The notes: generated by a model not told the origin, from the letters alone. 64,000 nt of DNA from Alphaproteobacteria bacterium (GCA_045603405.1 JAZUMA010000032.1:102-64101), one strand, 5' to 3'; counted from the first letter of the stretch, positions 35,603 to 47,372 are shown. Numbers and translations: made by a program.

Positions 35603-36574
35603 ATGAGTTATGGTAAAATAGTGAAAACGCAAATTACATACTTGAATTATGCGGAAGAGTTACAAAGCTTTATTCTTGATAAAGATGAGATTGAAAAATT
35701 AAAAGAAGATGGAATAATCGCGGATATTCGTCTTCCGAGCAATATCTCTCAAAAAAAATCTGCAAATTCTCCACTTCTTGGCTTTTTGCTGGGAGAAGAT
35801 AAGCACGATAACGGAAAAGCGTGTTATTCGGTAAGTAAAAATTATATTCACGCAATGTTGAATACAGGGGCGCAGATATGTTTTTTGGACTATGAAAATC
35901 CCGCTGAACAATTGCAAACATGTGATGGCGTTGTTCTTCCTGGGGGAAATTTTGATTTTCCTGAAGATTTTTTTATTTCAGGAAAAAATTTAGGAACAGG
36001 AATTGGTAAGCGCTTTTTTGCCTATAAAACAGTTATTGAGGTCGCATACAAAAAGAAAATGCCTATGTTAGGGATATGTGCCGGTGCACAAATGATAGGG
36101 GCAGTTTTAGGAAAAATGAAAATGTATACTTTCTTAAAAGAAGAAATACCTCATCCGAATAAGCATAAACCGACGAAAAAAGGAGAAGTTTGTATGCATA
36201 AATTGAAATTAGTATCAAAAAGCCCGATATATTCAATTATGGATATTCCGGTAAACCAAGAATTTATAACGATAAACTCCCGTCATGCACAGGCTATGGT
36301 TCATAGTGAGTTACAAAGTAGAATAAAAACTGAACCGATAGTTAAAATGGAAATTTATGCCATTGATGATAGAGATGGTATTCCTGAAATTTGGGGTAAT
36401 GAAAATGACGGAATTCTCTGTGTGCAAGGTCATCCGGAAGATTTAGCTATAAAAGGTAACAAGTATATGCAGAATTTATATAATTATGTGATGCAACGTT
36501 CAGCAAGATATAAACAAAATCATATAGCTAAATTTAATAAAGTAAAAGATGAAGAAATTAAATTATTATATTGA
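35603..36574 (+). CDS. Class I glutamine amidotransferase-like / peptidase C26 (gamma-glutamyl hydrolase family) protein
   Basis: The MPMLGICAGAQM nucleophile elbow and a VQGHPE motif, with an N-terminal extension of ~90 aa. Confidence 0.7.
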   Translation: MSYGKIVKTQITYLNYAEELQSFILDKDEIEKLKEDGIIADIRLPSNISQKKSANSPLLGFLLGEDKHDNGKACYSVSKNYIHAMLNTGAQICFLDYENPAEQLQTCDGVVLPGGNFDFPEDFFISGKNLGTGIGKRFFAYKTVIEVAYKKKMPMLGICAGAQMIGAVLGKMKMYTFLKEEIPHPNKHKPTKKGEVCMHKLKLVSKSPIYSIMDIPVNQEFITINSRHAQAMVHSELQSRIKTEPIVKMEIYAIDDRDGIPEIWGNENDGILCVQGHPEDLAIKGNKYMQNLYNYVMQRSARYKQNHIAKFNKVKDEEIKLLY

Positions 36575-37060
36575 TTTTAATTGATTTATCCATATATTTT
36601 TTTTTGTTTCAAATGGAATAGATGCATTCGCCGGACTAGTTGATGGAAGTACAATAAATTCTTTTTTAAGAAGCAAGTCAGGATAAAACTTTTTAAACAA
36701 TTCAAAAGCTTTTTTACCATTAAATAAAAACTTTAATATATTTGGATAATTATTTGTTAAAAAATAAAAATTATTTGGTACTACCTTTTTGATATTTGTA
36801 TCTAAACTACCATTTCGTGAGCAATTTTTAACAACATCCCAAAGGCCGATATGATGTGCTGTTAAAAGGGATATTTTTTCATCATAGCTTGGTTTATGAT
36901 ATTCTGTATTAAAAGCTTCAAAAACATATTTCCAAAATAGATTTCGCGGATGAGCATAATATTCATTTGCCTCTAAAGAAGCTATACCGGGCATAGATCC
37001 TATAATAATAGCTTTTGTTTGTTTATTTGCAATAAAGTTAAAACTTTTAATCATTTCCAT
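36566..37060 (-). CDS. UDG-superfamily DNA glycosylase (deoxyinosine / mismatch-specific type)
   Basis: AIIIGSMPGIASL...YYAHPRNLFW and LPSTSPANA motifs. Confidence 0.65.
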   Translation of the reverse strand: MEMIKSFNFIANKQTKAIIIGSMPGIASLEANEYYAHPRNLFWKYVFEAFNTEYHKPSYDEKISLLTAHHIGLWDVVKNCSRNGSLDTNIKKVVPNNFYFLTNNYPNILKFLFNGKKAFELFKKFYPDLLLKKEFIVLPSTSPANASIPFETKKNIWINQLKSI

Positions 37061-37086
37061 GCTCCATACTTATAAAATTTAAAAGT

Positions 37087-37117
37087 AAAGTGTGTATTTT
37101 TTTTTAATACACACTTT
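37087..37117 (-). terminator. Hairpin terminator after the 37122-37784 gene
   Basis: 12-bp stem AAAGTGTGTATT/AATACACACTTT around a T-rich loop. Confidence 0.55.
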
Positions 37118-37121
37118 TACT

Positions 37122-37784
37122 TTACAATAAATCCCCTTCATCAATAATCCTGCCAGTCTGAGGAAGATTAGGTCGATTTCCTCTATGACAGGTACGTAAG
37201 AAACCAAGTTCATGCCTTAGTAAATAGTCTCGTAAAACAGAAGCATTAAGAGACTCACACTGGCGTTTACAGAGATTAAAAGCCGCTGTATCCATAAAAT
37301 TGACGGGTATAAGCAACTTTTGATATCCTTCTGCAGTAAAGTGCAAATAAGATGCAGTCGTTCCAAGGCAATCAAGACAATAAAGCTCAACATAATAAGT
37401 GTTGTCACACCTCTTTACAAAATGAGCTATTGCTTGTTTCTTATTATCAAGATAGTACCATCCTTCAAGATCTTTTTTGTAATCACGCAAATAGTCAATA
37501 AGGATGCCAAGAACTACCGGTCGTTCATCATTTACCATGGAGAGGCATTTATCCTCGCTTTCTGTAACAGTCTCTGTCACATTTTGTAACTGACAAGTAT
37601 TGGTGATATTGTCAATCCAATAAGTCAGTTGATCCAAAGAGAGATCCGGTAAACCGGATATGAAGGACATGAACTCGCATGGTAATGGGGTTTGTTTTAA
37701 TCCTTCACCCCAGACCCTTCGCGCTTCTTCAAGAAAAATAGCTCCGCCATTTTCCCAAGAAATTGTTTTAATTGTTGTTTTCAT
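37122..37784 (-). CDS. Hypothetical Cys-rich protein (220 aa)
   Basis: Monocistronic-looking ORF bracketed by hairpins. No family recognised. Confidence 0.5.
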   Translation of the reverse strand: MKTTIKTISWENGGAIFLEEARRVWGEGLKQTPLPCEFMSFISGLPDLSLDQLTYWIDNITNTCQLQNVTETVTESEDKCLSMVNDERPVVLGILIDYLRDYKKDLEGWYYLDNKKQAIAHFVKRCDNTYYVELYCLDCLGTTASYLHFTAEGYQKLLIPVNFMDTAAFNLCKRQCESLNASVLRDYLLRHELGFLRTCHRGNRPNLPQTGRIIDEGDLL

Positions 37785-37852
37785 AAGCTTAAAATATAAT
37801 AATATTAAACAATTGAGTATTACATAATGGAAAAAAATAAACTTGTCAAATA

Positions 37853-37878
37853 TAAAAAAATGAGGAGCATTGCTCCTC
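37853..37878 (-). terminator. Intrinsic terminator of the Mla/Pqi-like operon
   Basis: Stem GAGGAGC/GCTCCTC, followed on the minus strand by TTTTTTT. Confidence 0.75.
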
Positions 37879-37897
37879 TGAAAAGTTACAAAAAAAT

Positions 37898-38461
37898 CTA
37901 TAAATGTGATAAATCTTGCGCAATCTGATTAGCAAGAGCATCAAGCATTTGACTTTGTGCCAGTACATAATTATCGTAACCGAATTCTATATCAAGCTCT
38001 TCTTTTATATATCCGGTTTTTACCGTATTACCATTACGGTTCTTAATATAATAAGAGGCTGAGAAATAAGCTGTATTACCTAATTTTCCGGTCATCTCAT
38101 TGATTTCAATTGCTACAGCGTATTTATAATTTTTTCTGAGTGGGGTTTGAATTTCAATTGAGGCTTTCGGCAAATAATTAGCTAAATCTTGTGCGATAAT
38201 CCTCTGAAAAAGTTTGTCCGGTGCAGCACCCCACCGGTTAAACTCATCTATTTTTAACTCATAATCAGTTTGTCCGATAGTGGTAATCTGCGGGCGTGAG
38301 ATTTCAGCGGGTAACAATAAACGCTGTATGAGAATAGTGCCTGTAAATGCAGATGATATAATTGATCTGTTTTCTACAACTACTGGCTGATAAAAACGTG
38401 GAGCAGGGCTGGCACAACCGCTCATAATAAAGATAAGTATAAACGCAAATATTTTTTTCAT
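37898..38461 (-). CDS. PqiC-like ABC-transport auxiliary lipoprotein (DUF330)
   Basis: Lipobox IMSGC. Last gene of the MlaE-MlaF-MCE operon, the position typical of PqiC-type lipoproteins. Confidence 0.65.
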   Translation of the reverse strand: MKKIFAFILIFIMSGCASPAPRFYQPVVVENRSIISSAFTGTILIQRLLLPAEISRPQITTIGQTDYELKIDEFNRWGAAPDKLFQRIIAQDLANYLPKASIEIQTPLRKNYKYAVAIEINEMTGKLGNTAYFSASYYIKNRNGNTVKTGYIKEELDIEFGYDNYVLAQSQMLDALANQIAQDLSHL

Positions 38462-38462
38462 T

Positions 38463-39284
38463 TTAATAGTCCTTTCCTGTAATAATCGAACTTGGGTTAA
38501 TTTGCAAATAATCTGTTAGATTCTTCATTGAAGTAGCTGCTGCAGAAAAACTATCAAGCATCGTAGAGAAATTTGCAGAATTTTCATTGATTAAATTATC
38601 AAAAGCCTGCGCGGCAGAGCCAACTTGTCCAACCATTTGTGCCGTATTATTTTTATTGTCATTCAAAATAGTATTAACTGTAGTTAACGTTTCGTTCATA
38701 TGCTTTAGCAATGGTGGTAATTCTTTTTCAATGGACTTTGTTATATGATGAATATCCTGTGCAATTTTGGCCACCGGAATGACTTGTAAACGCTTTGAAA
38801 TCGCGGCAAAAGGAGAGTTGATTGTCGGAATTTCATAATTATTCCCTGCTTCTGTGTGTAAAACTACAGGGGAATCAGGATGCATATCCAATTCTATTAA
38901 CAGTTGACCGGTAATCATGGAATTTATAGCCAATTGCGCTCGTAATCCGGCATCAATAAAACGTTTTAATCTTTCATGTTCGTTTTCGGTATCTGTGATT
39001 AAGGACTTTCCATTATAAATTTTTGCGTAAACAGGAATAAGAAATTGCATGGTTTTTAAGTTAGCTTTTAAATGTACAGAAGATACCTCACCGATTTTAA
39101 CGCCTTTAAATAAAACAGGAGCACCTGTTTCTAAGCCCTTGACAGATTCATCAAAATACATAACGACTGTTGTTTCATTATTGCTAAATTTTGATTTAAG
39201 AAAATAGCCTAAAGTTAATATCACTATAGCAATACTAGCTATAATAAAAAGACCTATGAGTTTCATATTTGGTTGCTTAATCAT
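38463..39284 (-). CDS. MCE/MlaD family substrate-binding protein
   Basis: N-terminal TM anchor followed by an MCE domain (GLETGAPVLFKGVKIGEV). Confidence 0.8.
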   Translation of the reverse strand: MIKQPNMKLIGLFIIASIAIVILTLGYFLKSKFSNNETTVVMYFDESVKGLETGAPVLFKGVKIGEVSSVHLKANLKTMQFLIPVYAKIYNGKSLITDTENEHERLKRFIDAGLRAQLAINSMITGQLLIELDMHPDSPVVLHTEAGNNYEIPTINSPFAAISKRLQVIPVAKIAQDIHHITKSIEKELPPLLKHMNETLTTVNTILNDNKNNTAQMVGQVGSAAQAFDNLINENSANFSTMLDSFSAAATSMKNLTDYLQINPSSIITGKDY

Positions 39285-40032
39285 TGCTTTTTCCTCTGGT
39301 TAAAAACTCTAAAATTTCCGCATCTGGCGGATTTTTTAAGAGTTCGTTAGGATTACCTCTTCCGGTAATATTTTTGTGTTTACTGTTCAAAAAAATTGAA
39401 TTAGTGCCGATATTAAAAATAGATTGTAATTCATGCGTCACTATTACGAAAGTTGTTCCAAGTGATTGGTTAAGTTCTTTAATCAAATCATCTAAACGTT
39501 TTGAGCTTATAGGGTCTAAACCTGCAGAAGGTTCATCACAATAAAGAATCTTTGGATCTAAAGCAAGCGCTCTTGACAGTGCAGCTCTTTTTTTCATTCC
39601 GCCGGAAATTTCTGAAGGATAAAAATCATCAAATCCGGCAAGTCCGGTAAGAGCCAATTTATAAGAAGCTAGTTCATCAATCTCTTTAGGCGAATAATTA
39701 CTGTAAAGCTCCAACGGCATAGCTACATTTTCTTTTAGAGTCATTGATGAGAATAAAGCTCCGCTTTGATACATAACACCGCATTCTTTCATAATATTGG
39801 TTTTAAGCTCTTTATCAGCGGTAACAAAATCTCTGCCATTTATAAAAACTTGCCCTTTTACAGGTGTTACCAAGCCGGTTAAGACACGCAACATACTGCT
39901 TTTTCCACAACCACTGGCCCCCATAATGATAAAAATATCTTTTTCATTAACTGAAAAATTAATATCATCAAATAAAACAAAATCGCCGTAGGCTACACGC
40001 AAATTTTTTACCGTAATGATTTCTTTTGTCAT
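39277..40032 (-). CDS. ABC transporter ATP-binding protein (MlaF-like)
   Basis: Walker A GASGCGKS, signature SGGMKKR and Walker B LYCDEP. ATG 40032 makes an ATGA overlap with the upstream stop and is preferred over 40086. Confidence 0.9.
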   Translation of the reverse strand: MTKEIITVKNLRVAYGDFVLFDDINFSVNEKDIFIIMGASGCGKSSMLRVLTGLVTPVKGQVFINGRDFVTADKELKTNIMKECGVMYQSGALFSSMTLKENVAMPLELYSNYSPKEIDELASYKLALTGLAGFDDFYPSEISGGMKKRAALSRALALDPKILYCDEPSAGLDPISSKRLDDLIKELNQSLGTTFVIVTHELQSIFNIGTNSIFLNSKHKNITGRGNPNELLKNPPDAEILEFLTRGKSND

Positions 40033-41126
40033 AGCCCGAATATCTCCAATATAACAGTTAAAATACCCGTAGCAACAATCATCCATACTAAAGAAGTCAC
40101 TACCGCCCCTGTAGTTGCTTTTCCGACGGCATCTGCATCTCTGCCGGCATTTAATCCTTCATAACAACCGCAAATAGATATAATAATACCATAAATTACA
40201 CTATGCAGAAGACCGACTAAAATATTTGTCATATCGAGAGCCTTGATAGAATAATCAAAATAAGCCGTTGGAGATATACCTAAAAAAAGAACACCGACAA
40301 TAGCGCCGCCTAAGATTCCTAATAAATCTGCTAACAGAGTCAGAAAAGGGATGGTTAAAACCAATGAAACTAAGCGTGGAGTGACTAAATAATCAGTAAT
40401 TTTGATACCCAACGTTTTAAGTGCATCTATTTCTTCATTAACCTGCATTGTTCCTAATGTAGCGGCATAAGAAGAACCGGTTCTTCCGGCCATAATGATT
40501 CCGACCATAATAGCGGCCATAATTCTTGTCATTCCCAATGTGACCATACTTGCTACATATATTCCGGCGCCAAATGTTTTAAGTTGTAGAGCGCCGACAA
40601 AAGCTAGAATTAAGCCGACTAAAAAACTGACTAAAGCTGTTATGCCGATGGCCTTATAACTGCAATCTTCAAAAATAAACCAAAAATCTTTTGTGCGATA
40701 AATTGCTTTACCGCTCATAAAATGTAATAGAGAGATAAAAACATCTTTTATAAAAAGAAGAGCTAAGCAGATTTTTTTATAACAGGATATCCCCCATTGT
40801 CCGATACGAACAAAAAGATCTTGAGATCTATCGGTAACAGAAGGTGGGGTGTTAGCTGGTTTAAGAGAAAGTGTCAATAAATCTTGTAAATTTTTCGGTA
40901 AATGAGAAAAATCAAGACAAATATTTAATTTTTCCAAATCCTGCCGCGATTTATAAATTTCTGCCACTAGAAGTGAAGAGAAATCTGCTGTTTCAACTTC
41001 AGCATAAACAGTAGAGATGTTCTTTTGTTGCAAATCAGATAAAACAGAGGAAGAAACTTCATTTTCCTTATTATCAGTAAAGAGCATAATGATAGATTTA
41101 TCTTTATTTATTATTTTTGCAACCAT
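40029..41126 (-). CDS. MlaE-family ABC permease with an N-terminal ~110-aa STAS/MlaB-like extension
   Basis: The C-terminal 250 aa match the MlaE pattern (EIDALKTLGI...). The N-terminal soluble domain precedes the first TM. Confidence 0.8.
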   Translation of the reverse strand: MVAKIINKDKSIIMLFTDNKENEVSSSVLSDLQQKNISTVYAEVETADFSSLLVAEIYKSRQDLEKLNICLDFSHLPKNLQDLLTLSLKPANTPPSVTDRSQDLFVRIGQWGISCYKKICLALLFIKDVFISLLHFMSGKAIYRTKDFWFIFEDCSYKAIGITALVSFLVGLILAFVGALQLKTFGAGIYVASMVTLGMTRIMAAIMVGIIMAGRTGSSYAATLGTMQVNEEIDALKTLGIKITDYLVTPRLVSLVLTIPFLTLLADLLGILGGAIVGVLFLGISPTAYFDYSIKALDMTNILVGLLHSVIYGIIISICGCYEGLNAGRDADAVGKATTGAVVTSLVWMIVATGILTVILEIFGL

Positions 41127-41137
41127 CGCTTAATATT

Positions 41138-42010
41138 CTATCCTTTGCTCAACTGACAAATTTCAACTGCGGAATCATTTGCTGCTTGATGTGCTTCTTT
41201 TTGACTGCATCCTTGAAGAATAGCTCCCATAAAAGCTCCGGCAAAAGCATTACCTGCACCATAGGCAAAAGTTTGTTGCAAACTTGTATTTTTCATTGTT
41301 GTTAAACCATCTTCTCCCCAAATAAGACTCTCTTTAGCCATATTTGTTAAAATAACGTATTGCAGATGATAAGTATCCTTAAGCTGGACACATATATTCT
41401 CATTACTGCCGGAAAGTTTTAAATATGTCTTTAATATTTTAAGCTCTTCAGTGTTTAATTTCAAGATATTAGCGCGTTCCAACAATTGTTGAATAATCTC
41501 TGCATCATAATAGTTTAATCTGAGATTAATATCAAAAAAACGATAGGCATCTTTTGATGATGCATCAATAAGGTCTAAAATTGTATTACGAGAGTAAGAT
41601 TTTCTTAATGCTAAAGTATCAAAATAAAGAGCCTGCGCATTTTGAACGCATTTTTCTGCCTGTGAGGTAAAAGGAATATAATCCCAAGCGGAATTTTCTA
41701 AAATATGTGCTGTGTGTCCTGTCCCAAAGTTATTAAAAATCAAAACTCTGCCTGTCGGATAAGGCGTAACAGCCAAAACAGGTTTAATATCAAATTTATT
41801 GAGTTCGGCAACCACTTCACGTCCTAAATCATCAGCACCAATTGCACTGATGAGGCAACATTGAGCATTATACTTTGCTGCCGCGCGTAAAAAATCGGCC
41901 GGAGCACCGCCTAACTTACGGCTGTCCGGTAAAATATCAAAAACAACTTCTCCGATAGATACGATTTGTGGCTTATTTTTTTTCATTTTTAACAGCTCGA
42001 ATATTAACAA
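41138..42010 (-). CDS. PfkB-family carbohydrate kinase-like protein (fructokinase-like), catalytic motif degenerate
   Basis: IVSIGEVVFDIL...LGGAPADF N-terminus. The C-terminal motif reads FAYGAGNAFAGAF where DTxGAGDxF is expected. Confidence 0.65.
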   Translation of the reverse strand: MLIFELLKMKKNKPQIVSIGEVVFDILPDSRKLGGAPADFLRAAAKYNAQCCLISAIGADDLGREVVAELNKFDIKPVLAVTPYPTGRVLIFNNFGTGHTAHILENSAWDYIPFTSQAEKCVQNAQALYFDTLALRKSYSRNTILDLIDASSKDAYRFFDINLRLNYYDAEIIQQLLERANILKLNTEELKILKTYLKLSGSNENICVQLKDTYHLQYVILTNMAKESLIWGEDGLTTMKNTSLQQTFAYGAGNAFAGAFMGAILQGCSQKEAHQAANDSAVEICQLSKG

Positions 42011-42062
42011 TCTGTAAAATCAAACTATAACTGTTTTTTTTAAGAGTCAAGGTGTTTTAAGC

Positions 42063-43082
42063 CTATGGATATATATCAGCGACTGCATCAGAAATTTTTT
42101 GAGCAATAATATCATTCGTAAAATATTTAAGTGTGATTTTACGCGCTTTTTGAGCTAAGTCAATTCTTTCTTCATCATGCACGAGATAGTAATTCAATAA
42201 ATAAGCTAACTCTTCTTTTGTTTTATACATAGGTATACTATTACCATATATAGCCTCTATTTCCGGCATATAGTCAGAAATAACTAAAGCGCCGGACGCA
42301 GTGGCATCATAAATACGGTTATTTATAAATCCCCAAGATTTCATATCCGGACGATGATCATTTAAAACAATTTTAGCCGAACTGTAATATTTATTTAAGT
42401 CTGTATTTGCAATATAAGGAGCTTTATACATATCGTCAGGGACTATGTTCTGCCAATTGTAGCCATATACAGCGACATTAAATCCGCTTTCTATAGCATA
42501 ACGTAAACTTGTGCGATCATGCCAATTAGAGCCGACAAATAAAATATCCTGTCTTAAATTATCTTGAGGATTGGGATAAAATTTTTTAGGATTTGTAAAC
42601 TGGGGTACATAAATAGCATTAATACCACTTTTTTTTAGATTTTCAGCGTAAGTAGGTGAAGCCACGGCTATAATCTCATAATTTTGCCAATCATCATCAA
42701 GCGAACTGTCTGGTGGCATTTGCGCTCTTTTAGCTAGCTCTTTTTTGACCGGTTTATTACCGGAAGTTTTCCAAAAAGCCATCGGATAATAGCAATATAG
42801 AACATTAATCCCTTTAGGAAAAGGAGCAACAAATTTTGTATACCCCCGCATAAAAATATTAAATTTAGGTTCTGGTGTATGCAATCGATTATATTCACCT
42901 CGATAATCGATATCTACGGTTTTGCCTATTTGCTGAAAACCTTCAGCCAAATCCTCTCCAATCCAATAGTCGCCGATATTAATCTCATCTCTGTTTGTTG
43001 TAGATTTAATAACAACCTCGGCAGCAACAGCATTAAAAGCTAACATTAACATCATAAAAAAAAGATAAAATGTACGAAACAT
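42063..43082 (-). CDS. CgeB-family / GT1-like glycosyltransferase domain protein with an N-terminal signal or anchor
   Basis: The C-terminal NNRIYDATASGALVISD...KTKEEL pattern is typical of the Glyco_trans_1_2/CgeB family. Confidence 0.55.
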   Translation of the reverse strand: MFRTFYLFFMMLMLAFNAVAAEVVIKSTTNRDEINIGDYWIGEDLAEGFQQIGKTVDIDYRGEYNRLHTPEPKFNIFMRGYTKFVAPFPKGINVLYCYYPMAFWKTSGNKPVKKELAKRAQMPPDSSLDDDWQNYEIIAVASPTYAENLKKSGINAIYVPQFTNPKKFYPNPQDNLRQDILFVGSNWHDRTSLRYAIESGFNVAVYGYNWQNIVPDDMYKAPYIANTDLNKYYSSAKIVLNDHRPDMKSWGFINNRIYDATASGALVISDYMPEIEAIYGNSIPMYKTKEELAYLLNYYLVHDEERIDLAQKARKITLKYFTNDIIAQKISDAVADIYP

Positions 43083-43097
43083 TGTATTCCTATCAAG

Positions 43098-44426
43098 TTA
43101 AAAAAGTGAATCCTTGCGTTTGTCTTGCTCCATCTTAGCTTTTAAATCTTCAGCGCGTAATTTGATATCGGACCTTAAGGGAGATTTCAATGCTTTATTT
43201 AACATTTTTTGTGCTAAAGCGTTTTCTCCGATAGAATGGTTATATTCTGCTAAATAGTAATCAGCAACAGCTGGATTTCCTGTTTCGGCATAAATTTGCC
43301 CTAAATAAAGAAAAGCACTGGGAGAATTTCCATGTCTGCTGATATTCTCTAAAGAAGGGATAAGCGCTTCAATTTCTTGTCTAGATGGGGAATTGGCTAA
43401 TACTGCTTCGGCATAACTTAACTTAAATAAACTGGAATAAGGGCGCAACTCGACAGTTTTTTTATAAATAGTTGCTGCTTCTTTTGTACGTCCGCTCTCG
43501 AATAAAGCCTGAGCTTTAAGTTCATAAAAATAAGGATTGTTAGGTTCTCTAGCAATTAATTCATCAGCATATTTTAGCGTTTGTTCCAAATTTTTTTGCC
43601 GCATATAATAGACTGTATGCGCAATCAAACCATATATAGATTGGTCATTAAGAGGAAAACGATTTAAAACTCTCGGGAGTGGCTCTAAATAAGCAAAAAG
43701 CTTAGCTTGTATTCGTTTCAAGCGCTCATCCATTGAAGTGTTGGCTAAAATATGGTTTTCTTTTTTTATTTTTTCTTCAAAGAAAGCAATACGTTCCGTA
43801 GTAATCGGGTGCGTACGAAAATAAGGAGATTCCTCAATACCTTGTAAGCGATTACTATGTTGAATTTTAGTCATAAAATCTTTTAATCCCTTAACGGATT
43901 TATCTTTCTTTCCCAACAATAAAACTGCAGTTTCATCAGCTGCGCGTTCTTCGCTCATTTGATATGCGGTCATGGCATTAATGGCAGAACTTTGTGTTCC
44001 AAGTACAACTGCTATTGCCGCATCTCCGCGACCGCTGGCAACGGCAGCGCCTGCAGCAGCAACTAATGATGCTAAAGAAACTTTTTGCATATCTTGCATT
44101 TTAATTTTAAGTCTTAGGATATGTCCGCCCAAAATATGTCCGGTTTCATGAGCCAAAACACCTTCAAGTTCATTACTGTTAGAAGCCTCAACAAGAGTAC
44201 CTGTATGAATGAACATATGATTTTGATCGCCAACGAAAGCATTAAGACTATCATCTTTAACAATATGAATATGATCGCGATAAAGCGGTAACGAAGCTGC
44301 TTCAAAAATAGGGCGCAGTATATCAGTCAAAAAACTTTCTGTTTCTTCATCACTGATAATACTTAATGCCTGTGCATTATAGCTAAGAAGAAAACTCAAA
44401 ATAAAAATACCCAGTCGCCGTAACAT
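43098..44426 (-). CDS. M48-family metalloprotease with C-terminal TPR repeats (BepA-like)
   Basis: Signal peptide, the HETGHILGGH zinc motif and TPR-like repeats in the C-terminal half. Confidence 0.8.
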   Translation of the reverse strand: MLRRLGIFILSFLLSYNAQALSIISDEETESFLTDILRPIFEAASLPLYRDHIHIVKDDSLNAFVGDQNHMFIHTGTLVEASNSNELEGVLAHETGHILGGHILRLKIKMQDMQKVSLASLVAAAGAAVASGRGDAAIAVVLGTQSSAINAMTAYQMSEERAADETAVLLLGKKDKSVKGLKDFMTKIQHSNRLQGIEESPYFRTHPITTERIAFFEEKIKKENHILANTSMDERLKRIQAKLFAYLEPLPRVLNRFPLNDQSIYGLIAHTVYYMRQKNLEQTLKYADELIAREPNNPYFYELKAQALFESGRTKEAATIYKKTVELRPYSSLFKLSYAEAVLANSPSRQEIEALIPSLENISRHGNSPSAFLYLGQIYAETGNPAVADYYLAEYNHSIGENALAQKMLNKALKSPLRSDIKLRAEDLKAKMEQDKRKDSLF

Positions 44427-44509
44427 ATAACCTCCGTATATCGATAAAGATAAGATATAATCTTATTTTAGTCAAATCAAATAAATGAGGTGGGGATTTT
44501 TAGTAAAAA

Positions 44510-44886
44510 TTAGAAAGCCTTTTTTATATCTCTATCATCTTTAAAAAAGTTCACCAGCCATTCATAAAAAGGATTGTGAAATTCGTTATAGAGTTCTTGT
44601 GCTTTTTCTAAAGACAAATCTTTTTTGGCTAAAGCAGATTCTGTTAAGATGGTGCAGGTGTTTTCTTTTATATCAACAGCTCCATCGGCAACAAAATATT
44701 CATCAATTACTTCATCATTTTCATTTAAAATTTTGATAATTCCCATATCTAAAGCCAAAAGAGTAGGGGCTCTGTCTTCAATTACAGTCAAAGTCTTATC
44801 AGCATACGGCAAAACGACGCGATAGACTTGTTGTTCAAGCACTTTCTTTTCCGGCATATAGATAGTTAAAGTAATATTTTTAGCCA

Positions 44887-44887
<1 letters not shown>
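44510..44887 (-). CDS. atpC: F1 ATP synthase subunit epsilon
   Basis: Its position after atpD, its size, and the N-terminal beta-sandwich pattern. Confidence 0.8.
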
Positions 44888-46428
<1,541 letters not shown>

Positions 46429-46448
46429 TTATGTACTCCTTATCTTGA

Positions 46449-47360
46449 CTACATTGCTTCGGCCCCGGCAACTATCTCGACCAGTTCCGTCGTAATAGCT
46501 GATTGTCTGAGGCTGTTATATTTAAAGGTTAAAGATTTAATCATATCCTGAGCATTACGCGTCGCATTATCCATAGAAGACATTCGAGCGACGTGCTCAG
46601 AGGCTTGAGAATTAATTAAAATCTCAAACATAGACGTTCTTGAATAAATGCTGAGAAACTGATTAAGTGTCTCCATTGGATCAGGCAGATAGTCATAAAA
46701 TGCCTGTCCGAGTTTATTTGTATAAAGATCTTCCTCGTTAAGTTCAATATCAAAAGGAATAACTTGTTTGCATAAATAATTTTTTGCTAAACCGGATAAA
46801 AAATCACTATACACAATCTCACAAATATCCGCACTATATTGTTTCTTTTTATTCCAAACATCCCTTAAAAAGGATAAAGCTTCTGCATATGTCAAATGTT
46901 TCTTTATTACATTAGGATAAGCCCCTTCGATATTAGAAACACCATATCGCTTTAGACCGGCAGCAGCTTTTTTCCCATAACAAAAAACGACCACTTTTTT
47001 TCCGCTTTCTGTTAATTCATCAATACGCCGTTTAGCTTCTTTAGCTATCATCGAATTATAGCTGCCGCATAATCCTTTATCAGATGCTAAAACAAATAAA
47101 GCATATATTTTCGGATCATTTGGTTGCACAAGTAATTTAGGCATCAAAAATGCAACTTTCTTTTCGGCAGCCATCATTTTCAGTTCAGCTAAAATTTTTT
47201 TAATATTAGCCAGTAACATGTGTTGAAAAGCTTCACTCTTATCCAGCGTTAACTGAGCACGCCGAAATTTAGAGGCAGCAACCATTTTCATCGCAGAAGT
47301 AATCTTATGCGTAGACTTTATACTTTCAATCCTGGTTCTAAGTTCTTTTAATCCGGCCAT
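46449..47360 (-). CDS. atpG: F1 ATP synthase subunit gamma
   Basis: MAGLKELRTRIESIKSTHKITSAMKMVAASK N-terminus and ITTELVEIVAGAEA C-terminus. Confidence 0.95.
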   Translation of the reverse strand: MAGLKELRTRIESIKSTHKITSAMKMVAASKFRRAQLTLDKSEAFQHMLLANIKKILAELKMMAAEKKVAFLMPKLLVQPNDPKIYALFVLASDKGLCGSYNSMIAKEAKRRIDELTESGKKVVVFCYGKKAAAGLKRYGVSNIEGAYPNVIKKHLTYAEALSFLRDVWNKKKQYSADICEIVYSDFLSGLAKNYLCKQVIPFDIELNEEDLYTNKLGQAFYDYLPDPMETLNQFLSIYSRTSMFEILINSQASEHVARMSSMDNATRNAQDMIKSLTFKYNSLRQSAITTELVEIVAGAEAM

Positions 47361-47372
47361 GTTACTCTACCT

